From the NCBI RefSeq assembly GCF_963506605.1, contig NC_083277.1, positions 92,380,001-92,444,000 on the forward strand: a stretch of 64,000 nt of DNA, given 5' to 3'. Below, piece by piece: positions 11,701-23,500 of this stretch. Both the position numbers and the translations under genes were made by a program. A model generated the notes under the pieces. That model had not been told where the DNA came from, did not search any database, and saw only the letters and a list, made by a program, of their open reading frames with translations. Numbering within the stretch: the stretch's first letter is position 1; the number at the start of each line of letters is the position of its first letter. The stretch comes from Zootoca vivipara (lineage: Eukaryota).

Positions 11701-14412
11701 AATACAGCAAACAAATAATAATGGCTCGTTCCCCATGCTAGTCCTACTTCACACCAACCCATTGGAAGTAATGGACATGACTTACCCAGTCTTATCTTAC
11801 AATATAATAAAATTGTAAGGCTGTCATCATGCTGCAATTGGAAATGCAGGCATTTTTCGCTTCTTACCACATCTGCAGAAATGTTGGGGAGGGGTGGAAC
11901 AAACAGGAGAAAATCTCCTCTTCATCCGTTGGTGGTTTGGAGTTCAACATGATAGTGAGTTCATGGGGTGCAAATTGGGGGTGTGCATTCAAGAGGGTAC
12001 AAATGAAGAGAGTGAAGCCAACTATCATGCCAGTTCAACGAAGTACTGTACAGGGTTACCTGCATGTATCGATGACATTATGCTTATGTTGCATTTTTGT
12101 TGATCGAAAGGAAACGCATGGACATCCAGACTGCAGGATGAAGTCAGTCGGTAGGCTTGAAACATTAGAATGTAACCAATGGCTGATACATAAGCATAAG
12201 GGCTTTGTGTGAACTTGTCTTCATCTGCCCTAAAGGTATTGTATTGTAATTAGGAAAGCTTTGCATTTTGCACAGATTAGAGAACCCCTAAGTCTGGCAC
12301 CTACGTGGAAAGCCTCATTGTTAAACAAAGAACTGTAAAGTTGGAAGAGACCCCAAGGGTCATCTAGTCCAACCCCCTGCAATGCAGGAATCTGTTTGCT
12401 CAATGTGGGGCTCGAACCCACAACCCTGAGATTAAGAGTCTCATGGTCTACCAACTATCTTGTTGAAACAACCATCTAAAGCAGGGGTGGTCAACCTGGT
12501 CCCTACCGCCCACTAGGGGGCGTTTCAGGATTCTAGGTGGGCAGTAGGGGGTTCTATGGTACAAGCTGAATCCTCCTTCCATCGAACACTGGTGGGCGGT
12601 AAGGAAACGTTACCATCAAGAAAGATGCATTAGTGGGCGGTAGGTATAAAAAGGTTGACAACCCCTGATCTAAAGGGTCAAAAATGTAGATATTGACTTC
12701 ATGACAATAATAAAACATAAAATATAACTGAATGGTGATATAAAATACTTATAACAAACAAATAATGAATCAAAACTTGCACAGTTTTCTAATTTATTTC
12801 CATGCCATCAGTGGGAAACTGGGGGTGAAGAACAAACAGAATGTGGAGGAGCCCTTAGACCAAACTCTGTGCCAGGAAGACTCGAGACAACCTGATCGCA
12901 GTCAAACAATGCAAAATTCACAGGTTCTTGCCTTAGTCCTGGCAATGGTGTCTGCATTTGTGCTCAGCCCCCAGCCCAGTGCTGTTAAACTTCTGGCTAT
13001 CATGGCAGGCGAGGGAGGCGGGTGGCACTGTGGGTTAAAGCACAGAGCCTAGGGCTTGCCGATCAGAAGGTCGGCGGTTTGAATCCCCGCGACGGGGTGA
13101 GCTCCCGTTGCTCGGTCGCAGCTCCTGGCAACCTAGCAGTTCGAAAGCACCTCAAAGTGCAAGTAGATAAATAGGTACTGCCAGCTCCTGCCATCCTGGC
13201 AGTTCGAAAGCACCTCAAAGTGCAAGTAGATAAATAGGTACTGCTACAGCAGGAAGGTAAACGGTGTTTCCGTGTGCTGCTCTGGTTTGCCAGAAGCGGC
13301 TATGTCATGCTGGCCACATGACTTGGAAGCTATACACCGGCTCCCTCGGCCAATAATGCGAGATGAGCGCCGCAACCCCAGAGTCAGTCATGACTAGACC
13401 TAATGGTCAGGGGTCCCTTTACCTTTACCTTTTATCATGGCAGGCAGCCTTCTCAATGCCTGGGAATGGATATGGTAAGTGGTTTCAGTACACGGCTGCA
13501 CCCAAAGCAACCCTATGAATTTGCCCTGAAAATGCAGTTCGGAAACACATTCACCATGGGATAAAAGCAGCATTACCGTTCATCTATGTAGAGGTCTGGG
13601 GTCCAAAAAAGGTTCACAGGCAAAGTGATATTCGTAATGTTACAGAAATCCAAGGGATCCCATGAGACATATTCATTATCCCAGTACTAGAGGAAAGAAA
13701 AAATATATAACTTAGAAAAAAATAAAATAAAATCATGGGAGGAAAGATCTGTTTGCTATTTACAGAGAAGAAATAGGACCTCACCACATACATCCAGAAA
13801 TAAAAAGTGACCACCTGTAATTTTTCTTGCTGCAAGGAACAAAAAGGGAAAAGATTAACACATTATCTTCCTCCTGTCCTAGAGAATTAACACAGAGACA
13901 GATACATTGGTGGTACAACTGAAAGGTGGGTGGGTGGAAGATGGATGTCCCTCTTTTAAAATCCCCCCATCCCCCACTGGCAGAACTGCTGGTGGCCCTG
14001 CCAGTCACACACAGCTAGAATTGAAGCTATGAATCCAGGGAGTGAGTGTTCTGCAATTTCTCCCCAACAGCTTGTATTTGTAAGGCAGTACCCCACACCC
14101 AACATCCATTCCCTTTCTTTGCCCCCTCCCCAGTATTTGTGCTTAGCCCCATCACTGGAGACCAAACATGCAATGATTATTCTCTCTTACCACTGAGAGG
14201 ATGGACACCAGGGTGAAGTCTAGATAAACTTCTACAGGCTCTTCCCAATTTTTCATAGGTATGGTGTATAAGAAGAGATCCTTATTGGAAGAGATGTTCA
14301 GATACTCGGCCACATCGTGGTAGCTACAATTCTGTTTCTGGGTGGCTTCTGGAGTAGGGACAAAATGAGAAGATGAATGTGTCAGTATGGTAAGATTCAA
14401 AAGTCCTTGTTC

Positions 14413-14448
<36 letters not shown>

Positions 14449-15268
14449 CAATTTATTACCTGCTCTTCAACCTAATGCTCCAGATTTGGTTATGCTGGGG
14501 AAATATTGGAGTTCAGTACCCTGTGGGTTCAGCCTGGATGGCCAACAGAATCTGGACACCAATTGTTAGTCAAATAGGACATTTATTTAGATATTGCAAG
14601 GCTGGTTTCACACAACCTCAACCAGCAAATAAGTTATGGATGGCACACCAAATATGAAAGAAGTATACACATTTATACAATTACAAGCACAGGGAAGCAA
14701 AGGGGCTGTTATTTCCCTATATGGCAATACGTCTTTCTACTAGCTTATACTGGTTTAATCTTTTTCCTCAACAGTTACAGCAATAGCTCCTGCACATTTG
14801 TTGTTACATCCTTCTCACATGGTTCCGCTGCAAACACAACCTTCACATTCTAGCCTTCACTTGCTCAGCCTTTTCCTCACACATTTCAAGTCTCTTTTAT
14901 TCCTTTATAATGTTATTCTCCCTTCCAATTACAATTAGAACACAACATTAAAAGCAGTTTAAAGAAACTTAAGAATACAAAAATAAGGCGGATGCTAAAA
15001 AGATACATCTCAAGTATCAAAAGCCGTAGCAGAGAGGTGCATCTAGGCAGAGTCAGACCGTATCCTTTCTCTCCTCTTCCTTTGCTGTGTACCATCATTT
15101 TGAAAGCCAGTGAACTTGAGAAACCGCTGCCTTTCATTCTAGCATCCATCCTACCTTCCATAAAGTCTCTTTGTTGATTTGTCAGCTCTTAAAGCTAGAG
15201 AGAGGAGAAGAAATGGTTTTACCTGGCACCCAAGGGAGTAGAAAACTAACCAAAACAGCTCTCCACAT
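5718..15268 (-). CDS. 5-HT3/ZAC-family Cys-loop ligand-gated cation channel subunit, copy A (9 exons, about 447 aa)
   Basis: Exons in transcript order: 15268-15223 (46 nt, signal peptide MWRAVLVSFLLPWVP), 14348-14191 (158), 13829-13785 (45, QEKLQVVTFYFWMYV), 13686-13577 (110, WTPDLYIDER), 12229-12060 (170, Cys-loop CSLDVHAFPFDQQKC), 11306-11146 (161, GEWKF), 9244-9034 (211, M1-M2 SPGEKIAFKMTLILQISFLSMILNDMLP), exon 8 ending at 7361 (M3; its first ~10 nt fall in the N gap at 7525-7718), 5986-5718 (269, MA helix and M4, TGA). All visible junctions are GT-AG and phases are consistent. The 45/110/170/161/211 exon sizes match the 5-HT3A gene structure as I recall it. Confidence 0.9.
7525..7718. 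other. Assembly gap (194 N) covering the acceptor and first codons of exon 8 of receptor copy A
   Basis: Run of N in the sequence; by analogy with copy B (174-nt exon 8) about 10 coding nt are missing. Confidence 0.97.
7855..7990. mobile_element. hAT-type MITE (CAGGCATCCCCAAAC TIR)
   Basis: Perfect TIRs with 8-bp TSD ggctagaa. Confidence 0.88.
8398..8742. mobile_element. Penelope-like element fragment
   Basis: The ctgaagaagtgtgcatgcacacgaaagctcatacc...tctctaaggtgc motif and ggtagccgtgttggtct are shared with 63225-63375; family from recall. Confidence 0.55.
9301..10429. mobile_element. Insertion unique to intron 6 of copy A; possible non-autonomous DIRS/Ngaro-like element
   Basis: Copy B reads straight across this site (cagcaaag-aatggtac near 21260-21275). 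No clear TSD, and an internal hairpin is present. Family assignment is tentative. Confidence 0.45.
10032..10370. mobile_element. hAT-type MITE (CATAGCTGCCAAGT TIR) nested in the 9301-10429 insertion
   Basis: Same TIR as 560-648, 8-bp TSD aaaaatat, and internal palindromic repeats (gccattttggaact...agttccaaaatggc). Confidence 0.88.
12330..12455 (-). mobile_element. tRNA-Lys-derived SINE with a CR1-type 3' tail
   Basis: Minus strand GTTGGTAGACCATGAGACTCTTAATCTCAGGGTTGTGGGTTCGAGCCCCAC (tRNA-Lys(CTT)-like, 5' truncated) joined to GGGTTGGACTAGATGACC...CTTCCAAC. Confidence 0.8.
12482..12667. mobile_element. hAT-type MITE
   Basis: TIR caggggtggtcaacc / ggttgacaacccctg with 8-bp TSD atctaaag. Confidence 0.85.
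13011..13432 (+). mobile_element. Sauria SINE with an internal 63-bp tandem duplication
   Basis: tRNA-like head and (ACCTTT)n tail; 13-bp TSD tatcatggcaggc; 13119-13181 is repeated at 13182-13244. Confidence 0.88.
14412..14446. repeat. (TTG)n microsatellite
   Basis: Seen directly in the sequence. Confidence 0.9.
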
Positions 15269-16306
15269 TCTTCTCTGGGAGTAGAACCAAGTGTTTTTAA
15301 GAAAAGAAGCAATAATCTGCTAGGCTGCTAAATTTGCAGCGATGAGGAAGAGCCACATTTCTGTGTGAAATTGAGATCTCTCCTGGCTGTGGGGTAATGC
15401 ATTTCACATCTCTGGTTTTGAATCTCATTTCCATGCATTTGCTCGTAATAATATTTTCTCGTAACTTTATTGGCTCTGCATTAGCATTTGTATATTTCGC
15501 CCTGTTGGGATCACCCAACTAAAGCATTTGCTTTTGCTTCCTCTAAATTTGCGTTTAATTAAGGATCTGGCTTCCCATTAGTGTGCATTACTTACTCCTC
15601 GTTGTGGTCCGGATGTTTCTTTCCAGACAATTATGAGTTGTTCTTTCAATGCACTCTTTGCAAATGTTGTTAAGACAAATATTGTAATTAGATATCAAGC
15701 ACTGCACTCCTGCCTCTTTGAAAAGGCAACACACTTCACTTAGTAAAATACACAGTAGGACCTGAAGGCATATCAACCCTACTCACATATATCTACGGTG
15801 TTTAAACCCAGTTTAATTATCTTTGGTGTCTTCAAAGGGAATTGTAGTTTGGTATAGATGCTGCCAAAATTCTGTGACAGAGCCATAGTTCTTGGACATA
15901 ACTACAGCTCTTAGCACAAAGGGAATCCTGTGATCTCCAGATGTTGCCAAACTGCAACTCCCATTGCCCCTAAGCTTTGGCCATGCTGGCTGGGGCTCAT
16001 GGGAACTGAAGTCCAGCAACACCTGTAGGCCCACCAGTTCTCCATCCCTGACTGAAGGCCATGATTCTTATCCTTTTTTTTTTTTAAAAAAACCAATCTT
16101 CCCTTTGTGATAGCATAAAAATCCCCCACCCCTTCTTCAAACTTAGCTCCCCTAGTTATTTTATTTGAATTTTCAAAAGTGCTGAAATATTGCAACTTTG
16201 ATTTATAAATAGTATCTTTGGCTTCCTCCCAAAGAATCTTGAACTCACAGGCCTACAATTTCCGACACCCTCAAGAAACTATTTACAAGGGGGAACTACA
16301 ATAAAC

Positions 16307-16610
16307 GGTAAAGGGCCCCTGACCATCAGGTCCAGTCGTGTCCGACTCTATAGGCCGAGGGAGCCGGCGTTTGTCCACAGACAGCTTCCGGGTCATGTGG
16401 CCAGCATGACAAAGCTGCTTCTGGAGAACCAGAGCAGTGCACGGAAACGCCATTTACCTTCCCGCCCTATTTATCTCCTTGTACTTTGATGTGCTTTCAA
16501 ACTGCTAGGTGGGCAGGAGCTGGGACCAAGCAACGGGAGCTCACCCCGTTGCAGGGATTTGAACCGCCGACCTTCTGATCAGCAAGCCCTAGACTCTGTG
16601 GTTTAACCCA
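16307..16610 (-). mobile_element. Sauria SINE, internally deleted
   Basis: Nearly identical to parts of 18152-18513. Confidence 0.85.
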
Positions 16611-17563
16611 ATATTGAAATACAAAAGTATGAAGTGTGTTATTTGGGAAGGCAGCTTATTACATGACCAGCAAGTCATCACTAGTGCACAGGTAGCTCGG
16701 AATTATCTCACAAGCAGTGTGGCATATGATATACGAAGCATAGCAGCTTGTCATGCATGGTGGGGTTAATTGGTTGCATGTTTATTTGTGCTGTTCATGA
16801 AAATAGCAGTTATGGATGGAAGAATAGCAGTGGGGAACTAGCCATGCTAAGTGTGGGTGTTTCTTAAGCATTTAAAAGACAGGCAATGTCAGGGAGGATA
16901 GATACACAATTTATGAACTCAGTTTCCATACTTACACCACCCACATCATATTAAAATGACCACCTTTTTTTCCCCCAGAACCTCCTCTAATTCATCTTCA
17001 TCTTCAGCTAGGTAAGTCTTCATCAAAGCACTCCTGTTTTTGCACATTAGGTATTGATTATTCTGGGAAGTACGTTGAAACAAGACAAAATGTGCAGCTT
17101 GGAAGGAGCTCTTGGCAAAACGTCTACTCTTGGGGCCCCGTCTTATGCCAGTGGCTTTTCTCTGATGTACCTGGATAACAGCCCCCAGAAGTTACCGTGT
17201 AAAATTCCCACAAAGCCTCCAATAGAGTGATGCTCTGGGGAATTGTGGGAAATTTAAACGGCAACTCCTGGACCCAGACACTTTTTTCAATGGAGTGCAT
17301 GGATGTTGTGTCAGCAGTACTTCCTAATAATTGGCTTTGCGAGGTTCGATTGAGTCGTAAATTTTGCAATGTTTTTACATATTTCCAAGCATGAAATGCT
17401 TTCGTAAGCAAACTCCCAACAGCAAACGCCACTTGGCTGAGACATTTCATCAGGTGGCATTTACTGACTTTGTACAAATAACAGATTGGTAAGCTAGCAT
17501 ACTTGTATAATGGGCATTGGCTATACACCCCTTGTTCTACCACAAATACCGATAATATATAAT

Positions 17564-20500
17564 TTAGAATGTCCACTGTATGGCAACAAAAGTTAAAAAG
17601 ATGAGTGAGAAAATCAGGCGGGTAAAATAAAGCCCTTCCTCCACAAGGAGTATCGTATTATCCCACACGACTGATTCAGAGTCATCCTGGCATTCTTCTA
17701 GGGAGAGATGTTTCCTGATCTGTTGCAATTCTGCATTAATATGTTTCAGAAACACCAAACTCTCTTCGGCATGGCACTTTTCTGACAAGGATAATCTGCC
17801 TGCCTGCTGGCTCCCTTTGGGCAGCCCGTCTCCTGCATGAAAGAAAATGAAGACTGCATATGTTAACATGTTAAGAAAATCCTATGTAGGAACAGACGTT
17901 GTTTGAGAATTAAAAATGGAGAGTTAAAAAACTACCGGCTGTTTTGATTCTAAATTCTGGCATTTGGATCACCTGTCGAAGCAACCTAATAGATGCAGAA
18001 GGCCATCCAGAGGGCCATATCTCAATTCTGGATATATCCAGAAGGCCATATCTCAATTCTTGGACAATGGATCCAACCACATGTTCTTACCTTACCTCTT
18101 TCATCAGAGTAATGAGGACAGCCTGATGCTTCAAGTCCATTTCTTACATTAAAAAGGTAAAGGGGCCCCTGACCATCAGGTCCAGTCGTGTCAGACTCTG
18201 GGGTTGCAGTGCTCATCTCGCTCTATAGGCCGAGGGAGCCAGTGTTTGTCCGCAGACAGCTTCCGGGTCATGTGGCCAGCATGACAAGCTGCTTCTGGCG
18301 AACCAGAGCAGCGCACGGAAACGCCGTTTACCTTCCCGCCGGAGCGGTCCCAATTTATCTACTTGCACTTTGATGTGCTTTCGAACTGCTAGGTGGGCAG
18401 GAGCTGGGACCGAGCAACGGGAGCTCACCCCATTGCAGGGATTCGAACCGCCGACCTTCTGATCAGCAAGCCCTAGACTCTGTGGTTTAACCCACAGCGC
18501 CACCTGGGTCCCTATTTCTTACATTACACAGAAACAAAGTCAGCCTTGTTCTAGCTGTACATTCAGGAGGGGCTGGACATTGTCTCCATGACTTTATGCC
18601 ATGAAGTGACCCATACATTAGCTATATAAAAAAACTAACTAAATAAACAGCCAATTATTTATGTCCTCCTGAAAATGTACTGTGAAAAAGTTCTGGATTT
18701 TTTTTTTAAAAAAGCACTGGATTATAGTGCTTGACATTTGCCCCCTTCTCCCTCTTTTATCAATCTTTTCCATTATGTAAGAAAAAGAAAAAGAAAACAT
18801 TTTGGAAAGTGCTTACCTAAATCAGCCACAGGCTTCTCGGATTGCTTTTTCTTCTTTCTCAGAATTATATTCATAAATTTATTCCCCGTGAAAGGTGGGG
18901 AATCTGGTTTCTTCTGTTTAAGATAGAGTACGAAAGCATTCTCCAGGATACCAAAGACCATAAATACAAACATCCCGGTGAAAAACATGGCTGTGTTGGA
19001 GAAGAAATGGATGGTAAATATTTGGCCCTTCAGGGGACTGTTCTTTTAAGCTAGAGTGGGAGGGGCCTGGCAGGAAGCAGAAAAGAAATGGGGAGTGTTG
19101 TGGCACTGAGAAGAGATGCTGTAGGAACCACAAAAGTAACATGTGGGTTGCTGGTTTGGTGCTCCTGTGTCTGTAGATGCTTTGTCTGCGATGGGATGTG
19201 TGTATGGTAAAGATGTTGGTTGTTTTTGGGTGAGCTTGAGATAAGTTGAGTGGGAATTAGGTCTAACTCCATAACTCCAAAGGAATGTGGGGGAGGGGTA
19301 GTGATGGAGCCTGCGATAGTGACAATGGGTGATGGTTCTTCTCCCCACCAGATTTTTCGGGCATCTGATCACCAGTGTAACTACAGCGGCAAATGGGCCA
19401 GATTGCTTGCAGAAACTTGTAGAAGCTCTAGTTCTCCTTTATGAGAATTAAATGTTCCAAAACTCACACACTTGGTAGATTATAGAAGGTATAAAACAGG
19501 CATCCCCAAACTCGGCCCTCCAGCTGTTTTGGGACTACAGTTCCCATCATCCCTGACCACTGGTCCTGTTAGCTAGGGATGATGGGAGTTGTAGTCGCAA
19601 AAACAGCTGGAGGGCTGAGTTTGGGAATGCCTGGTATAAAATAAGGATAAATCTAAAAAATACACCAAAGCATTGAAACACAAAACCGAGTCATCTTGCC
19701 CTCTTTGGCTAGCATGGAATCCTTCTCTCTGAAATGCATAATACAGTAGTGAAATAGAGATTTCCATGGCCAATCAAATAGAGTCATCATTAAAAAGACT
19801 ACATCTCTCTTCCTGTCTTGCTCCTGCAAAGGAACCCATGGGACAAGACGGGTTAGTTGTTGCAGCACCACGGAGAGTTCCTAGGGGGATAAGTTGCTCA
19901 ATCTGGAGTTGGAACTGGACTGAGGCCTCTACCATCAGTCCACAACTCTTATATGATCAACTGCCTTTTGGAAATCCAGACTCCCTTAAAGGGCCACCTT
20001 CTAGCCTGAAAATGGACATTGCTCTTGGGTCCCATGGCCTCCCACTTGGTGTGATTCCTGTGCTGTTCGACTGTGCCATGTACTGGGGTTCCTCAGGCCT
20101 AAGTGGAGACACCTGTCCCATCTCTGATTCTGTGGACCCTGGCTTCTATAAATCCTGGTGCTGTGGCAGATATTAAAGCAGCTCTGGCCACCTGTTCCTT
20201 TGTCCTACCTTTTCCTTGAAGGAGTGCCAGCTTCCAATCCACAGAACACTGAGGATTTAACTCAGTTGGGATTCACTCCTAACTCCTGGGAGTAAGTCAT
20301 ATTGACTTCAATAGGACTTACTTTTGGCTGGGCATGGTTAGACTTATGCTGTTGTGCTGTGCACACCTTTGCCGAAGATGCATAACACACTGCAGGCCTT
20401 TGCTGCAGTTCACAATCGGTAGGAAGGTGTTACTGTCAATGTTGAACTAAAAGCTACTATAGCAGGCATCCCCAAACTTCGGCCCTCCAGATGTTTTGGA

Positions 20501-23500
20501 CTACAATTCCCATCATCCCTGACCCCTGGTCCTGTTAGCTAGGGATCATGGGAGTTGTAGGCCAAAACATCTGGAGGGTCGCAGTTTGGGGATGCCTGTA
20601 CTATAGCATAGTGGCTGCAAAACAGGATGTCTTCCCTAGGACAAATCTATCAGGGTGGCGAGCTAAACTCCCTCATTCTTTGCCCCACACCTGAGATATA
20701 TGGATAATAATACCGAGATACCTTGCAGAGCTGTTGTAAGATCCGCAAGTTCATGTCATTGAAGTGCTTTAAAATGTACTAAACAAACGCTAAGGAGTAT
20801 CTTTATGCTAGTTCTGTACAATGCTAGGTAATTACGATTCACAAAATAATATCACCACGCCAGCTAAAAATCAGTTACTGACTCAAGGACCCACTTGCTG
20901 GGCCACAATGTAAATAGGTCCAATGAATGCAACCAAAACTATTTGACAGCCCCTAAAACTGTTCAAAGGCTGCCAGTGCTGAATAATCCGTGCAGTAAAA
21001 GGTGGTTACCTATGACTGGTGGATCATCTGATGTTGCTGGTAGCATATCATTCAGAATCAATGACAAGAGTGAGACTTGCAGGATCAGCGTCACTTTGAA
21101 AGCAATCTTTTCTCCAGGGGAAGCAAGCGCGTAAGAAATAGCCATATCCAGCAAGAACAGAGTAAAAGTTGGCAGGATCAGAACCAACACATACAAAATG
21201 GATTGCCTCTTCATCGAAACCTGTCCCCCCCAAAAGGACCAAACGAGAATGAAGATTACAGCAAAGAATGGTACTATCCTTTCAGTCTCATTAATAGCAT
21301 CAATTTGCCCATAGTCCTTATTCTTAGCAGCCTAAGAGTGGGTGAGACCATTATTTTCCCTCTTCCTAAAATGTTTCATGGAAAGTGTGGGATAACACTG
21401 TCTTTGACACAATGACATCCAACCTGCCCACAAACTAACTAAATAAACAGGTCATCTGGAAGCACCCAAGTTGTGTTTGCTTCTGCAACACATCTACTAA
21501 CCCAACACATGCTTACTTCTTCAACGATCTTGCTAGATAAATGTGCATAGGATTGCAACCTCAGGATGCTATTCTGCTTGTATTGATGCAGCTTGAACGA
21601 TTCCTTAAAATCAAAGTGTCCATCATCAACATATTGCAAAGGGCAATTGATTTATCTTTTTGAAAACGAGCCAATAATGGTTGGTTGGCATCCGTCTGTC
21701 TCAGGAGACAGTAAAGGATGTGCCTTTGGGGAGTGAAGTCAAACCGCTGGAGAGATCAATATGGGAGAGACATGTTTGCTTGCAGCTGGGGCAGATGAAG
21801 GCATCCAGCTGTGCTGCCGCAGATGCACCATGGCGTTTCTTCTCTCTGGGTTCCTCCCAGCAGTCATTCCTTCTCTGGTCACTGCTGTGGATACATGACC
21901 TGACTGCTTGTCTCCAGGCTCTGCAGTTGTCTGGATGGGGTTCCTACATGGTGGGGCTGATGTTGCCAGCCTTCATCTTTGTAACACAGAGTTGGTCGGC
22001 CAATGGGCTTTGTGCCCGAAGCCAGCTCCCCATAAAGCACGTCCTTGGGGGGGGGGTCCTGCCATATTCCATCCCGTGGACATGACCACGCTGCCCACAT
22101 AGATGTGACAGAGAAAGGAGTGTAGACATGCTAGGAATGTGGGCTTGCAAGAGCACATCTTTGCTTGAGACTCTGTCCTGTCATGTGTGGCTCAAAATCT
22201 TCCTGACGCAGTGCATGTGGAAGACATTGAGGCAACACCCCTGATGCCCATGACTCACTTCCATAAAGCAGTGCGCTCAACACACAAGCCTGGCAGACCT
22301 TCATCTTGGTAAATTTACTACCCTAAAAATTTAAGCAGCATGTCTGAAATTTTGCTTAAGCATAAAAACGAACACAAGTTTTGTCTTCAGCATAAAACCA
22401 AACACTCTATATACAGTGGTACCTCGGTTTAAGTACACAATTGGTTCCGGAAGTCTGTACTTAACCTGAAGCGTACTTAACCTGAAGTGAACTTTCCCAC
22501 TGAAAGTAATGGAAAGTGGATTAATCCATTCCAGATGGGTCCACAGAGTACTTAACCTGAAGCGTACTTAACCTGAAGCGAACTTTCCCATTAAAAGTAA
22601 TGGAAAGTGGATTAATCCGTTCCAGACGGGTCCGCGGAGTACTCAACTTGAAGCATACTTAACCCAAGGTATGGGTGTAATTGGTTCTGGAAGTCCGTAC
22701 TTAATGTGAAGCGTACTTAACCTGAAGCGAACTTTCCCACTGAAAGTAATGGAAAGTGGATTAATCCACTCCAGACGGGTCCGCGGGGTACTTAAACTGA
22801 AAGTACTCAAACCGAAGCGTACTTAAACTGAGGTATGACTGTATAGGGATATCTTTCAGTGTTCCCATGTTTTATAAATGTATTATAAACTAAATACCTC
22901 ATAAGTGACAGTACTAATGTTGGTTGTTTCATATGGCATCATGTTCTCTATGACCCTCAGTTCCTCAAACTTCCACTCTCCACCACTCAAGTAAGATTTG
23001 TGACTATCTTGATTTGCCTTCATGGAAGATTTAGAGCTCTTCATCAGTAGTTCTTTCGCTAGATTCAGCAGGAGGCAAATGATATAGAAGGTTTTGTTAT
23101 TATTATTATTTCTGATTTTTTACTTTATTAATAAATGACAAAAATTACAGAAAAATGTTAAAATTTGAAAAAGCAAAAGCATTACATCGTACATTTCATT
23201 ATTCATTATAGATAAATCAGTTCTATTCCGAATGCACATAAATAGATCATTTTAGTAGTGATATTTGTGAGCCCTCTTAGGTCTTCCTTTTGAGGTTGTG
23301 CCATAACTGTTCCATCTTGTCCCACAGCTTGCTCAGCATGTGAATTAAGCCCCAATGTGGCATCACACAAACACATGGTCAGCCTCCAATGGGAGCAACT
23401 CCGAATTAATTTTGAGAGAAAACTTTGACCTGGGAGCATTGGCAGGGGGAGCAAACATACAAGAAAGAGTGATAATAGGGAGAGAGTGAAGAAAGATGTG

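Noticed and set aside
12395-12455. Apparent tRNA-Lys(CTT) gene
   Set aside because: It lacks the 5' acceptor strand and is fused to a CR1-type tail, so it is a SINE head.
14480-15030. Possible solo LTR in intron 1 of copy A
   Set aside because: It is an insertion relative to copy B, but I could not confirm both TG...CA ends or a TSD, so it is left unclassified.
22414-22841. Repeat array superficially like a CRISPR or satellite
   Set aside because: It is bounded by TIRs and TA, has no unique spacers, and lies in eukaryotic DNA, so it is a MITE interior.
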